Positions 20,991 to 29,700 of a stretch of DNA of 64,000 nt are shown piece after piece. A program made the position numbers and the translations under genes. The DNA is taken from contig NZ_CANLYD010000022.1 of assembly GCF_947495315.1 (NCBI RefSeq), forward strand, positions 22,390 through 86,389. Direction: 5' to 3'. This stretch comes from an uncultured Aquimarina sp. (GTDB lineage Bacteria; Bacteroidota; Bacteroidia; Flavobacteriales; Flavobacteriaceae). The first letter of the stretch is position 1, and each line of letters starts with the position of its first letter. The notes beneath the pieces were generated by a model. It made no database searches. It worked only from the letters and a program-made list of their open reading frames with translations, and was not told the DNA's origin.

Positions 20991-21492
20991 AAACATAGCG
21001 TTAATCATAGGCCTGATTTTAGTCTTATTCATTGCCTATCAATATGGTTTTTCTAAAACCTTTGCTGTGAGTAAAAAAGTAGCTACACTCCAAAGTCAAA
21101 AAGAAGCGTACCAATCTGCTCCTGCACAATTAGCAACATTAGCCAATAAAGAAAAACAACTGGATGAAATTCTGAAAAAAAATAATGTAGAAGGAAACTC
21201 ATTACAGAATAACATACTTAAAGTCCTTAACACCTTGTCTGTCAATTCAGAATTTAAGATAATTATTTTTGAAGAACCACACGTTTATGTTGATGAAACC
21301 TCTAAAGAAACGACGACAACTTATAATTTCACATTACAAGGAGATTATAAATCTTTGATCAATGTGGTATACGCTTTGGAACAAAAATATAGTTTTGGCA
21401 ATGTAATCCATGTTAGCTTCGAAAAGAAAAAAAATTTCAGAACCGGAAAGAGCTTTTTGCAGTGCGGTGTTTTATTGCAACGATTGAATTAA
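20971..21492 (+). CDS. Bitopic assembly protein, PilO/GspM-like
   Basis: N-terminal TM segment (IALIIGLILVLFIAY), coiled coil, small C-terminal domain. By architecture and position only. Confidence 0.4.
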   Translation: MMTQKNKNIALIIGLILVLFIAYQYGFSKTFAVSKKVATLQSQKEAYQSAPAQLATLANKEKQLDEILKKNNVEGNSLQNNILKVLNTLSVNSEFKIIIFEEPHVYVDETSKETTTTYNFTLQGDYKSLINVVYALEQKYSFGNVIHVSFEKKKNFRTGKSFLQCGVLLQRLN

Positions 21493-21517
21493 AAACACTT
21501 CGTTTTAAACCACTAAA

Positions 21518-21645
21518 CCCTCGGACTTCGAAACTCTAACTCCTGACCTTCAACTTTTTACCCTGAGCTTATCGAAGGGCTGACTCCTGACTTACGACTC
21601 CCTACTTTTTACCCGGATCGCAGTCGAAGGGCTCACCTCTAACCA
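21518..21645. repeat. REP-like element: pyrimidine heptad run plus two ~50-nt units
   Basis: CTTTTTACCCTGAGCTTATCGAAGGGCTGACTCC (21555-) and CTTTTTACCCGGATCGCAGTCGAAGGGCTCACCTC (21605-). Starts about 25 nt after the PilO-like stop. Confidence 0.6.
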
Positions 21646-21883
21646 TTATTTATAAAATAATTAAAAAAAAAACGGATTTCTCCGGTAACATTTATCCTAT
21701 TACTGACACTTTATTATATAAAAAAGAAAGTAACAGTTAGAATTGAGAAGGAAAAGATAAATTTTAACAGGGAAAAACACAACAAAACATTGATTAACAA
21801 CTACTTAAATCTAATAGCTTTTTACACTATTAAGAAACTATTAACTAAAGTAAAAATTCCCTTACGGTTATACCATAAAACTT

Positions 21884-21891
21884 TATATTTG
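21884..21891 (+). promoter_or_regulatory. Bacteroidota -7 box (TAnnTTTG)
   Basis: TATATTTG lies 69 nt upstream of ATG 21960. Confidence 0.4.
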
Positions 21892-21959
21892 CGCCTTCTT
21901 TTTTTTAGCCCAAAACAGAAGATTTTATAAGAATTTTTAATCATATCATTTTTTAAATT

Positions 21960-23243
21960 ATGAGAAACTTATTATGTAGTAGTATCACTTTAATTTTATT
22001 CAGTGTTTGCACTTCGCAAACCGTCGATGTCACTTATTTAAACCCTAAAATAACATCCGACACTAATTATGAATATCTAAGATTTGGTAATCCCTCGGCA
22101 TACAAAGGTGGATTAATGTGGAATAAAACTTCTCAATATTATGGAGATGGGGATGATATTTCTCTTTTTACCTATAACAATAGAGATTTAACTTTTTTTA
22201 CAGGAACGGGAAACTTTATTGTTTTTCCTCACAGTGGAGGTAATGTAGGTATTGGAACTGCTAACCCTCAATCAAAACTTCATATATCCAATGGAAGCTC
22301 TGGAGGTATAGTACACGATTTTTCAGATCTAACTATTGAAGATAATGACAATACAATGATGAATCTATTATCACCAAATAACAAAACAGGATATTATGGC
22401 TTCTCTGATCCCGAAGACAACTATGTTGGTGGAATACAATATGTGCATTCTACTAACAGCATGATATTTAGAGTTAATGACCATTTAAATGATATGGTAA
22501 TCGATGCAAACGGAAATTTAGGTATTGGAACAACAAACCCTAGAGCAAAACTACAAGTAGAAGGACAAACCAAAGTTGGAAAATGGGGTGTATTAACATT
22601 AGATTGGACCAACGAGACCAATTGGGGAGGAAGTTCTAACAAATGGGCCGGTTACATCGGGTTCAATTCTTCTAGAAATAATGAAGATCCTAAAGATCAT
22701 TACAAAGGAACAAATAAGTACACTTCAAAAGGTGTTTTTGAAGGTTCTAATTATGGTTTCCGATGGTTATATAGAAATCATAATAATTACGATTCTGATG
22801 CACAACATCAACTTACTGAATACATGCGTTTAACAAACGATGGAAATCTTGGTATCGGTGTAACAAATCCAGACGCAAAACTCACCGTAAAAGGGAACAT
22901 TCATACCCAAGAAGTAAAAGTAGATCTTAACGGAGCTGTGGCACCAGATTATGTGTTTTTAGAAGATTACAAGCTAAAATCAATCAATGAAGTTGAAGCT
23001 TATATAAAAGATCAGGGACATTTACCAAATATTCCTTCTGCAGCGGAGATGGAAGAAAATGGTATCGAATTAAAACAAATGAATCTTAAACTCCTAGAAA
23101 AAATCGAGGAGTTGACACTCTACACGATTGCTCAAGAGAAAGAACTTAAGAAACAGGAAGAAAAGATTAAGGCTTTAGAAAAACAAAGTAATAAAATCAA
23201 ACAATTAGAAGAAAAACTAGAATTAATTCTAAGCAAACAATAA
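21960..23243 (+). CDS. Secreted repeat protein with tail-fibre-like C-terminal module (paralogue 1)
   Basis: Signal peptide. Three GN(V/L)GIGTxNPxxKLxV motifs. C-terminal PDYVFLEDYKL...HLPNIPSAAEME...LLEKIEELTLYTIAQEK followed by a coiled coil. Confidence 0.5.
   Translation: MRNLLCSSITLILFSVCTSQTVDVTYLNPKITSDTNYEYLRFGNPSAYKGGLMWNKTSQYYGDGDDISLFTYNNRDLTFFTGTGNFIVFPHSGGNVGIGTANPQSKLHISNGSSGGIVHDFSDLTIEDNDNTMMNLLSPNNKTGYYGFSDPEDNYVGGIQYVHSTNSMIFRVNDHLNDMVIDANGNLGIGTTNPRAKLQVEGQTKVGKWGVLTLDWTNETNWGGSSNKWAGYIGFNSSRNNEDPKDHYKGTNKYTSKGVFEGSNYGFRWLYRNHNNYDSDAQHQLTEYMRLTNDGNLGIGVTNPDAKLTVKGNIHTQEVKVDLNGAVAPDYVFLEDYKLKSINEVEAYIKDQGHLPNIPSAAEMEENGIELKQMNLKLLEKIEELTLYTIAQEKELKKQEEKIKALEKQSNKIKQLEEKLELILSKQ
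22869..23150 (+). repeat. Near-identical 282-nt segment shared by the two tail-fibre-like genes (copy A)
   Basis: Aligns without indels to 24081-24362 (constant offset 1212 nt). Roughly nine in ten positions match by eye. Only about 4 amino-acid differences over ~94 codons. Confidence 0.85.
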
Positions 23244-23258
23244 ACAAATCCACTATCC

Positions 23259-24476
23259 ATGAAGAAAATAATCCTATTTAGTTTCGCTGTACTAGTTGTA
23301 AACATACTGACCGCCCAATCTTTGAATCCAAATGATGATAACGCTACCACCGGAAATATAATAGCAAAAAATCCAAATAATACAGAAGCTGTAAATATGC
23401 TTTCATGGCATAACGATATAGCCAGAATTCGTATCGGTGGAATGGGAAATGGAGCAAGTAATGGTTTTGTTTTTCAAGGGCCTTCTGATACCAATTTATT
23501 TAGGATTATGGGAAATGGAAATGTAGGTGTTGGAACAACAAATCCAGCTGCAAAGTTGCACGTAGTAGGAGATGGAATTAGGGCTGATCGATTTTCTCTT
23601 TCTAACATAACAGACCAAACGAACGCCAGTCCTTGGTATGGTTTAGGAAGAGGAACCTTCACAGATCTTTCTAACGACGACACAAAAGCTTCCGTCCAAC
23701 TTGCAGGTTATTATGGACTTTTATTAAAAACTGCTGCTGGTTCATTGGGAATTCATCAAAACGGGAATGTCGGAATTGGAACAAACTCACCAACAAGACT
23801 ATTAGACGTATATGGAGATGCAAAAATAGGAAAAACAAATTCCCGTCATTATTTAAAAATTTCATCTTCACAATGGCCTGAGTTACGTTTTCAAACTCCC
23901 TTAAGTAATGAGAAAATAAGAATTGGTGTTGCGCATGAAAATCATACAGGTTATGGAGTTTCCGAAGGAGATTTTTATGTTTTTACTTCAACAATAAGCT
24001 CAATGCCCTTAATTGTAAAGAAAAATGGTGATATCTCCCTTAGTTTAAAAAATGGTAATGTTGGAATTGGAACAAACACTCCAGATGCAAAACTAACTGT
24101 AAAAGGGAACATTCATACGCAAGAAGTAAAAGTAGATCTTAACGGAGCTGTGGCACCTGATTATGTGTTTTTAGAAGATTATAATCTAAAATCTATTAAT
24201 GAAGTAGAAGCCTACATAAAAGATCAGGGACACTTACCTAATATTCCTTCTGCGGCAGAAATGGAGCAAAATGGTATCGAGCTAAAGCAAATGAATCTCA
24301 ATCTTCTAGAAAAAATTGAAGAGTTAACACTCTATACAATTGCACAGGAAAAACAACTCAAAGAAGCCAACAACAAACTTCTGATATCCGACACTCGACT
24401 TCAGACGTTAGAAGACAAAAACAAAGAGCTCGAAACTCGATTAGAAAAATTAGAAAAAATATTAATTAAAGAATAG
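23259..24476 (+). CDS. Secreted repeat protein with tail-fibre-like C-terminal module (paralogue 2)
   Basis: Signal peptide. Three GNVG(I/V)GT motifs. Same C-terminal module as paralogue 1, with a divergent N-terminal two thirds. Confidence 0.5.
   Translation: MKKIILFSFAVLVVNILTAQSLNPNDDNATTGNIIAKNPNNTEAVNMLSWHNDIARIRIGGMGNGASNGFVFQGPSDTNLFRIMGNGNVGVGTTNPAAKLHVVGDGIRADRFSLSNITDQTNASPWYGLGRGTFTDLSNDDTKASVQLAGYYGLLLKTAAGSLGIHQNGNVGIGTNSPTRLLDVYGDAKIGKTNSRHYLKISSSQWPELRFQTPLSNEKIRIGVAHENHTGYGVSEGDFYVFTSTISSMPLIVKKNGDISLSLKNGNVGIGTNTPDAKLTVKGNIHTQEVKVDLNGAVAPDYVFLEDYNLKSINEVEAYIKDQGHLPNIPSAAEMEQNGIELKQMNLNLLEKIEELTLYTIAQEKQLKEANNKLLISDTRLQTLEDKNKELETRLEKLEKILIKE
24081..24362 (+). repeat. Near-identical 282-nt segment (copy B)
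   Basis: See copy A at 22869-23150. Confidence 0.85.
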
Positions 24477-24486
24477 AAAATTAGAA

Positions 24487-24640
24487 ATTAAAACTGTCAC
24501 TGAGCCTGTCGAAGTACAGACCAAAACAGACTAACTAAAAATTAAAACTGTCACTGAGCTTGTCGAAGTGCAGACTAAAACAGACAAACCCAAAATAAAA
24601 ACCGCCACTGAGCCTGTCGAAGTGCGGACTTAAAAACAAA
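24487..24640. repeat. Tandem repeat, 3 x 54 nt
   Basis: Units start at 24487, 24541 and 24595. Each contains A(T)TAAAAC(T/C)G(T/C)CACTGAGC(C/T)TGTCGAAGT(A/G)C(A/G)GAC. Fills the gap between 24476 and 24644. Confidence 0.8.
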
Positions 24641-24643
24641 AAC

Positions 24644-25177
24644 ATGAATAAAATAGCATTACCCATCGCCATTATTGCACTAGTAGCATCCGTAGCCTCT
24701 TTTTTCTACTTACAATCTTCATCGGATCTTGTATATGTAGATGTAAACAAACTTTTGGATGGTTATAAAAGAACCAAAATCGTAAAAGCTGAGTTTGATG
24801 AGAAAGCAAAAACTATGAAATCAAATGTTGATAGTCTCTTAGCGGATTGGCAAAAAGAATTGAAAACATACGAAAAAGAACGTAGTGGTCTTAGCAAAAA
24901 GGAATTAGAGCTAAAACAACAATTACTTGGTAACAAACAACAACAGATCAACAATTACCAACAAGCAGTACAAAAGCAATTACAAGAAGAAGATAAAAAA
25001 GTTACACAGACTGTTATTAATGATATCAATGATTTCGTCAAAGAATACGGTAAAAAGAACGGATACAAAGTGATTTTTGGAGCAACCGGTAGCGGAACCA
25101 TTATGTACGGAGAAGAATCTGCTGATCTAACCGATAAAGTACTGGAAGAATTAAATGCTGAGTTTGAAGGGAAGTAA
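24644..25177 (+). CDS. ompH: OmpH/Skp-family periplasmic chaperone
   Basis: 177 aa, signal/anchor segment, long Lys/Glu/Gln-rich helical region (KAEFDEKAKTMKSNVDSLLADWQKELKTYEKE), typical size. Confidence 0.75.
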   Translation: MNKIALPIAIIALVASVASFFYLQSSSDLVYVDVNKLLDGYKRTKIVKAEFDEKAKTMKSNVDSLLADWQKELKTYEKERSGLSKKELELKQQLLGNKQQQINNYQQAVQKQLQEEDKKVTQTVINDINDFVKEYGKKNGYKVIFGATGSGTIMYGEESADLTDKVLEELNAEFEGK

Positions 25178-25179
25178 TT

Positions 25180-25311
25180 GAAGACGGAAGTCAGAAGTCA
25201 GGAGTCAGAAGACGGAAGACGGAAGTCAGAGGGCTGAAGTCAGAGGTAGGAAGATGGAAGACAGAAGCTTCGCTTCAAAAAAACTTCGGACTTCTGACTT
25301 CGGACTCCCGA
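25180..25311. repeat. Heptanucleotide array (GAAGWCR)n followed by its complement (long imperfect hairpin)
   Basis: Purine-rich heptads at 25180-25267 and complementary CTTCGGACTTCTGACTTCGGACTCCCGA at 25284-25311. Begins 3 nt after the ompH-like stop. Confidence 0.85.
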
Positions 25312-25325
25312 TAAAATAATAAACC

Positions 25326-25679
25326 ATGAAATTTAAATTCGAAGAACTAAGAATTTGGCAAAAGGCGATGGATTTAGGAGAAGAACTCGATAAAGTATCT
25401 AAGTCTTTTCCAAAAAATGAAATGTACAATCTCACCTCTCAAATGATGCGAGCAATTGATTCTGTTGCTTTAAACATTTCTGAAGGATCTATCGGACAAA
25501 CCAATCCAGAATTTAAAAAGTTTATGGGATATAGTATACGTTCACTTGCTGAAGTAGTAACCTGTTTACATAAAGCAAAAAGACGAAAATACATACCGGA
25601 AGAAGAATTCGATAAGCAATATATAAAATGTTTTGATTTAACGAATATGATGACAGCATTTAGAAAGAAGATTAATTGA
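25326..25679 (+). CDS. Four-helix-bundle protein (23S rRNA intervening-sequence protein family)
   Basis: 117 aa. FEELRIWQKAMDL, YNLTSQMMRAIDSVALNISEG and SLAEVVTCLHKA match the pattern of this family as I remember it. Confidence 0.8.
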   Translation: MKFKFEELRIWQKAMDLGEELDKVSKSFPKNEMYNLTSQMMRAIDSVALNISEGSIGQTNPEFKKFMGYSIRSLAEVVTCLHKAKRRKYIPEEEFDKQYIKCFDLTNMMTAFRKKIN

Positions 25680-25685
25680 TAAAAA

Positions 25686-25785
25686 GTCAGGAGTCAGAAG
25701 GCGGAAAAAATGAAAAACAGAAGAAGCTTCGGACTCCCGACTCCAGACCTCTGACTTCTGACTCCTGACTTCGGACTTCCGACTC
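25686..25785. repeat. Heptanucleotide hairpin element (short purine arm, long pyrimidine arm)
   Basis: GTCAGGAGTCAGAAGGCGGAAA ... CTTCGGACTCCCGACTCCAGACCTCTGACTTCTGACTCCTGACTTCGGACTTCCGACTC. Starts 7 nt after the stop at 25679. Confidence 0.85.
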
Positions 25786-25799
25786 AAAAAAACAACACT

Positions 25800-26405
25800 A
25801 TGAAACAAACATTATACATCATACTGGCAGGTCTGCTTCTATCCTCCTGCTCCACTAAAACCTTCGACAACAAAGAAGAACTATGGAACTATCTCAACAA
25901 TCCAGAGAATGAATATATCCATACCAAAACTGTAAACGGGGTAGATTTCTCTCTTATATATAAGCCTACTGATTTATTGGTAGATCAAGAATTAAGTGGA
26001 GAAACGGATGATGCTAAAATCGACAGTTTACGAAGCAAATATGATCAATATCTATATTTCAATTTGTCTATGTCCAAAAACAACCAGGAACTCTTGAGCA
26101 ATGTAGCGGGCAACAAACAGCGATTTGGAGCAATGGTGAATCAACTAGCTTTTGGGATGGAACAAAAGGTATATCTGTATACACCCAAAAAAGATACTAT
26201 TGAGATGGCGGACTATATCTACCCCAGAATGTATGGAATGAGTGGGGCTACTACCATTTTATTAGTATATCCTAAAGATTCTATGGTAACAAATGCCGAA
26301 CATATGACACTTAGTATAGAGGACCTTGGATTTTACACAGGAGAAGTAAAGTTTAAGATCCCAACAAAAATATTTAAAAACGAAATACAATTAAAGTTTG
26401 AATGA
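25800..26405 (+). CDS. Lipoprotein of unknown function
   Basis: Lipobox LLLSSC, 201 aa. Confidence 0.6.
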   Translation: MKQTLYIILAGLLLSSCSTKTFDNKEELWNYLNNPENEYIHTKTVNGVDFSLIYKPTDLLVDQELSGETDDAKIDSLRSKYDQYLYFNLSMSKNNQELLSNVAGNKQRFGAMVNQLAFGMEQKVYLYTPKKDTIEMADYIYPRMYGMSGATTILLVYPKDSMVTNAEHMTLSIEDLGFYTGEVKFKIPTKIFKNEIQLKFE

Positions 26406-26573
26406 AGACGGAAGACGGAAGTCAGGAGTCAGAAGACAGAAGACAGAAGTCAGAAGACAGAAGTCAGAGGTCGGAAGACGGAAGACGGAAGAAGAAACTT
26501 TATTTCGGACAACTGACTTCGGACTTCGGACATAAAAACAAAAAACACCTGACTTCGGACATCCGACTTCAGG
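26404..26573. repeat. Heptanucleotide array: 13 consecutive GAAGWCR units, then complementary arms
   Basis: 26404-26494 reads GAAGACG GAAGACG GAAGTCA GGAGTCA GAAGACA GAAGACA GAAGTCA GAAGACA GAAGTCA GAGGTCG GAAGACG GAAGACG GAAGAAG. Pyrimidine arms at 26503-26533 and 26548-26573. The array overlaps the stop codon at 26403-26405. Confidence 0.9.
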
Positions 26574-26736
26574 CATAGAATAAATAGAAACTAGAGAAAC
26601 ACCAATGAAAACCAAAAGCTCTATGAAGATTATTAAATTACTAAAAGAAAAACTTTCCACTTTTAATACCGAGCGCGGCCGAAGGGCGGACTCACGACTT
26701 GTCACCCTGAGTGCTACACTGAGCGGAGTCGAAGTA

Positions 26737-29700
26737 ATGCCGAAGGGTCGAACACCCGTTCGCCACCGGGCAATCGCAATGTTTTTCGTACTAACATTTT
26801 TAAACACACTGATTCCTTATAATCAGCTTTGGGCCAACAATAATGGACCAAATGCTCCGGAAGCTGCTGCTTTCGAGCCCGTAGATGCTACAGATATGGT
26901 AAATCTTTTAACAGGTGATTTTTCTTACGTTTTACCATTATTGAATGTCCCTTCTCCAGAAGGAGGTTACCCATTAGCATTATCATATCACGGTGGTGTC
27001 GCTCATAATCAAGAAGCATCATGGACAGGATTAGGTTGGAACTTAAATCCCGGTTCTATAAACCGTAATATAAATGGGTTTCCTGATGATTGGGGAAAAA
27101 CGAACTATGAAGAGTTTTTCTATGATGCAGGATGGGAGGAAAACGAATATAACTTTAGTTTAGGTATAAATATTAATGGTTTTAACATTGGACAAGGTGT
27201 AGCCTGGGGCTCGCATAGATCTACTGGTGGTTTTGTATCATTAGGATATGGATTTAATGATGTCGGTGCAAATGTGACAGTAGCGTCAGAAGGTTCAAGC
27301 ATTGGTTTTGGGTATCAAGGGTTTAACGTGAATGTAGGAACAAATGGCGTTGGCATAGGGTATGGTAGTGATTTCAAAAACAGTGAGTTAGGCTATGGCA
27401 TCAGTCTTAATTATAATTATAATTCTGGTTTATCAGGAGGTCTATCATTAGCAGGAACAGAATCAAATAAATCTTCAAAAAGTATTTTAAAATCTACATC
27501 TGTCGGGATAAGTTTTAGCTCAAATGGTCCTTCCTTAAATGGGTCAATTAATGGAAAAGGAGGAGGGATATCCACCGCAAATTATGGAGTTTCGAGTAAT
27601 GATTACAATGTAGATGTAGATGGATTTCAAACTTCAATCCCAGTCTATATTTTTTATGTAGGTTTTGGTCATAAAAGAATTACTTATTCTTTGTTTAAAA
27701 AAAACAACCTAACTACATCAGGATCCGTGTATCCTTATCATGCTAATGAAACTAAATCATTTTCTGACGGTTCAGAACCAAGCTATTTAATGAAAGAAAA
27801 CTATTTTATGGATGTAAATGAATTCCCTGCTTTTTCCCATAAAAACATGAGTCTGGATTATTTGGTAGAACAAAATTATAAGATTGATAAAAACAATATA
27901 TCTCTACCAGGCTATGATAACTATACTGTTACTTCTCAAGGATTATCTGGAAGCATAAAACCTGCAAGCTATTATGAACTTAACTTAGTAGATAGAGGAA
28001 GAGCGGAAACTAATAATGATAATATCTACACTACATATGTTGCCGATAATTTTGACAGTTATTTAGATGAAACAAATGATTTAGGAGGAACAACTCATTT
28101 TTATTTTGAAAATGAAATCAACTCATTTTTAAGATTAGACCGTACAAATATTTATAAAAATCCAACAACCAATGGAATAACGAATCCATCTGATAGGGTT
28201 TTACTCGAAGGCTTTGAAACTTCTAATACAAGTTTATATAATCAACAAATATCTCCAAAAGGTGATCAATTAAAATTGGGTAATAGAAAACGTACAGGCA
28301 ATTACATAGAAACTTTTACGAATAAACAAATTCGGGATAATAATACTATTGGTTTTATTGAAGCAAAAAACATTAATAGAAATGGAGAAATCGATACGTT
28401 TTTAGATGAGGGGATTGGAGCCTTCAAAATTACAGCGTTAGATGGTAAAACATATCATTATTCTCTCCCTGTTTATAATTTTGAAACATTTTACAAAAAC
28501 TTTAAAACCGAAAATCAAGAGAATACAAACTTCTTTGAAATCAAAAAGACCAAACCCTATGCTACACATTGGTTATTAACTGCAGTTACTGGTCCAGATT
28601 ACGTAGATATAAATACTAATGGACAGGTAGATAAAGAAGATTATGGATATTGGGTAGAATTCGATTACGGAAAATGGTCTGACGGCTATGTTTGGAAAGG
28701 CCCTTTTGATGGATATGAAGAGCATGAAAATAAAGAAGATCCTAATGATAAAACCTACTCTTATTATTGGGGTAGAAAACAGATCTACTATCTGGATGCA
28801 GTAAAAACGAGAAGTCATACGGCATTGTTTGTAAAAGATCTTAGAGCCGATAATACATCTAAAGAATTAAACATCTACAAGAAATTATATACTGGAGGCA
28901 CCTTTAAGGCCGATGAATATAGCGAAGAGATTCAATCTGGTAAAAGTATATATATATCTCCAACCATAGGCGAACCTGGTGATGTTGTTTATAAAGGTGA
29001 TGGCAATACATATACACTTCCCGATTATCCCTTTATGCCAGTCCATTCAGGGTCCAATTATAAAGAAGTATTAAAAGGAATTAAAATGAGTTCAAAGTAT
29101 ATAGATATTCCAAAAAACAGGCTTTTAAAGCTTAGCAAAATTATTCTTCTTAAAAATGATCAATCAAATATAGATAAAGGGAGAGGTAACATTACATCAA
29201 CACTTACCGGGTATTCAAGTATCAACAATGGTTACAAGAACATACAACCTTGTGAATACGATACGATTGATCAAAGCACTAAATTATGTGCAGAAGTGGT
29301 AGTGCTATCAAACGGATATTTAGATCCTATCATTCTTAAAAGTTTTCAAATACATCAACATGACAAAGTTTTAGATATAAAAGACATTGAAGGATTAAAT
29401 TTAGAGGAACAGGCAGCCCAAGTAATTGATTTTAATTATGACTATTCATTAGCGCAACAATCCCCTAATTCAGTAGCTTCAACTAAAGGAAGATTATCTC
29501 TAAAATCTGTAGATTTTGCTGGTAAAAAAGGAATCTCTTTAGTACCACCATATAAATTTAATTATAATTTACCATATGTTACCTATAATAAGGAAAATCA
29601 AGATGAATGGGGGTATCATAAAACTAATCCTGAAGCTTGGAGTTTAAATGAAATTACTACTCCCACTGGTGGGAAAATTAAAATTAATCACGAAGCAGAT

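Noticed and set aside
21960-24476. The tail-fibre-like genes, considered as evidence of a prophage or a phage-tail-like particle.
   Set aside because: No capsid, terminase, portal, sheath, tube, baseplate or integrase genes lie anywhere in the window. Both proteins have Sec signal peptides.
24487-26573. Regularly repeated short sequences, considered as a possible CRISPR array.
   Set aside because: The repeats are either contiguous 7-mers or contiguous 54-mers with no unique spacers of constant length. No cas genes are present.
26391-26807. The 138-aa reverse-strand ORF and the first 44 codons (26605-26736) of the giant forward ORF.
   Set aside because: Both run through heptad-repeat and REP-like sequence (period 7, ...CACTGAGCGGAGTCGAAG... 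core). Their low-complexity translations (SDFRLP..., RADSRLVTLSATLSGVEV) are artefacts of the repeats. The real start is more likely 26737 or 26779.
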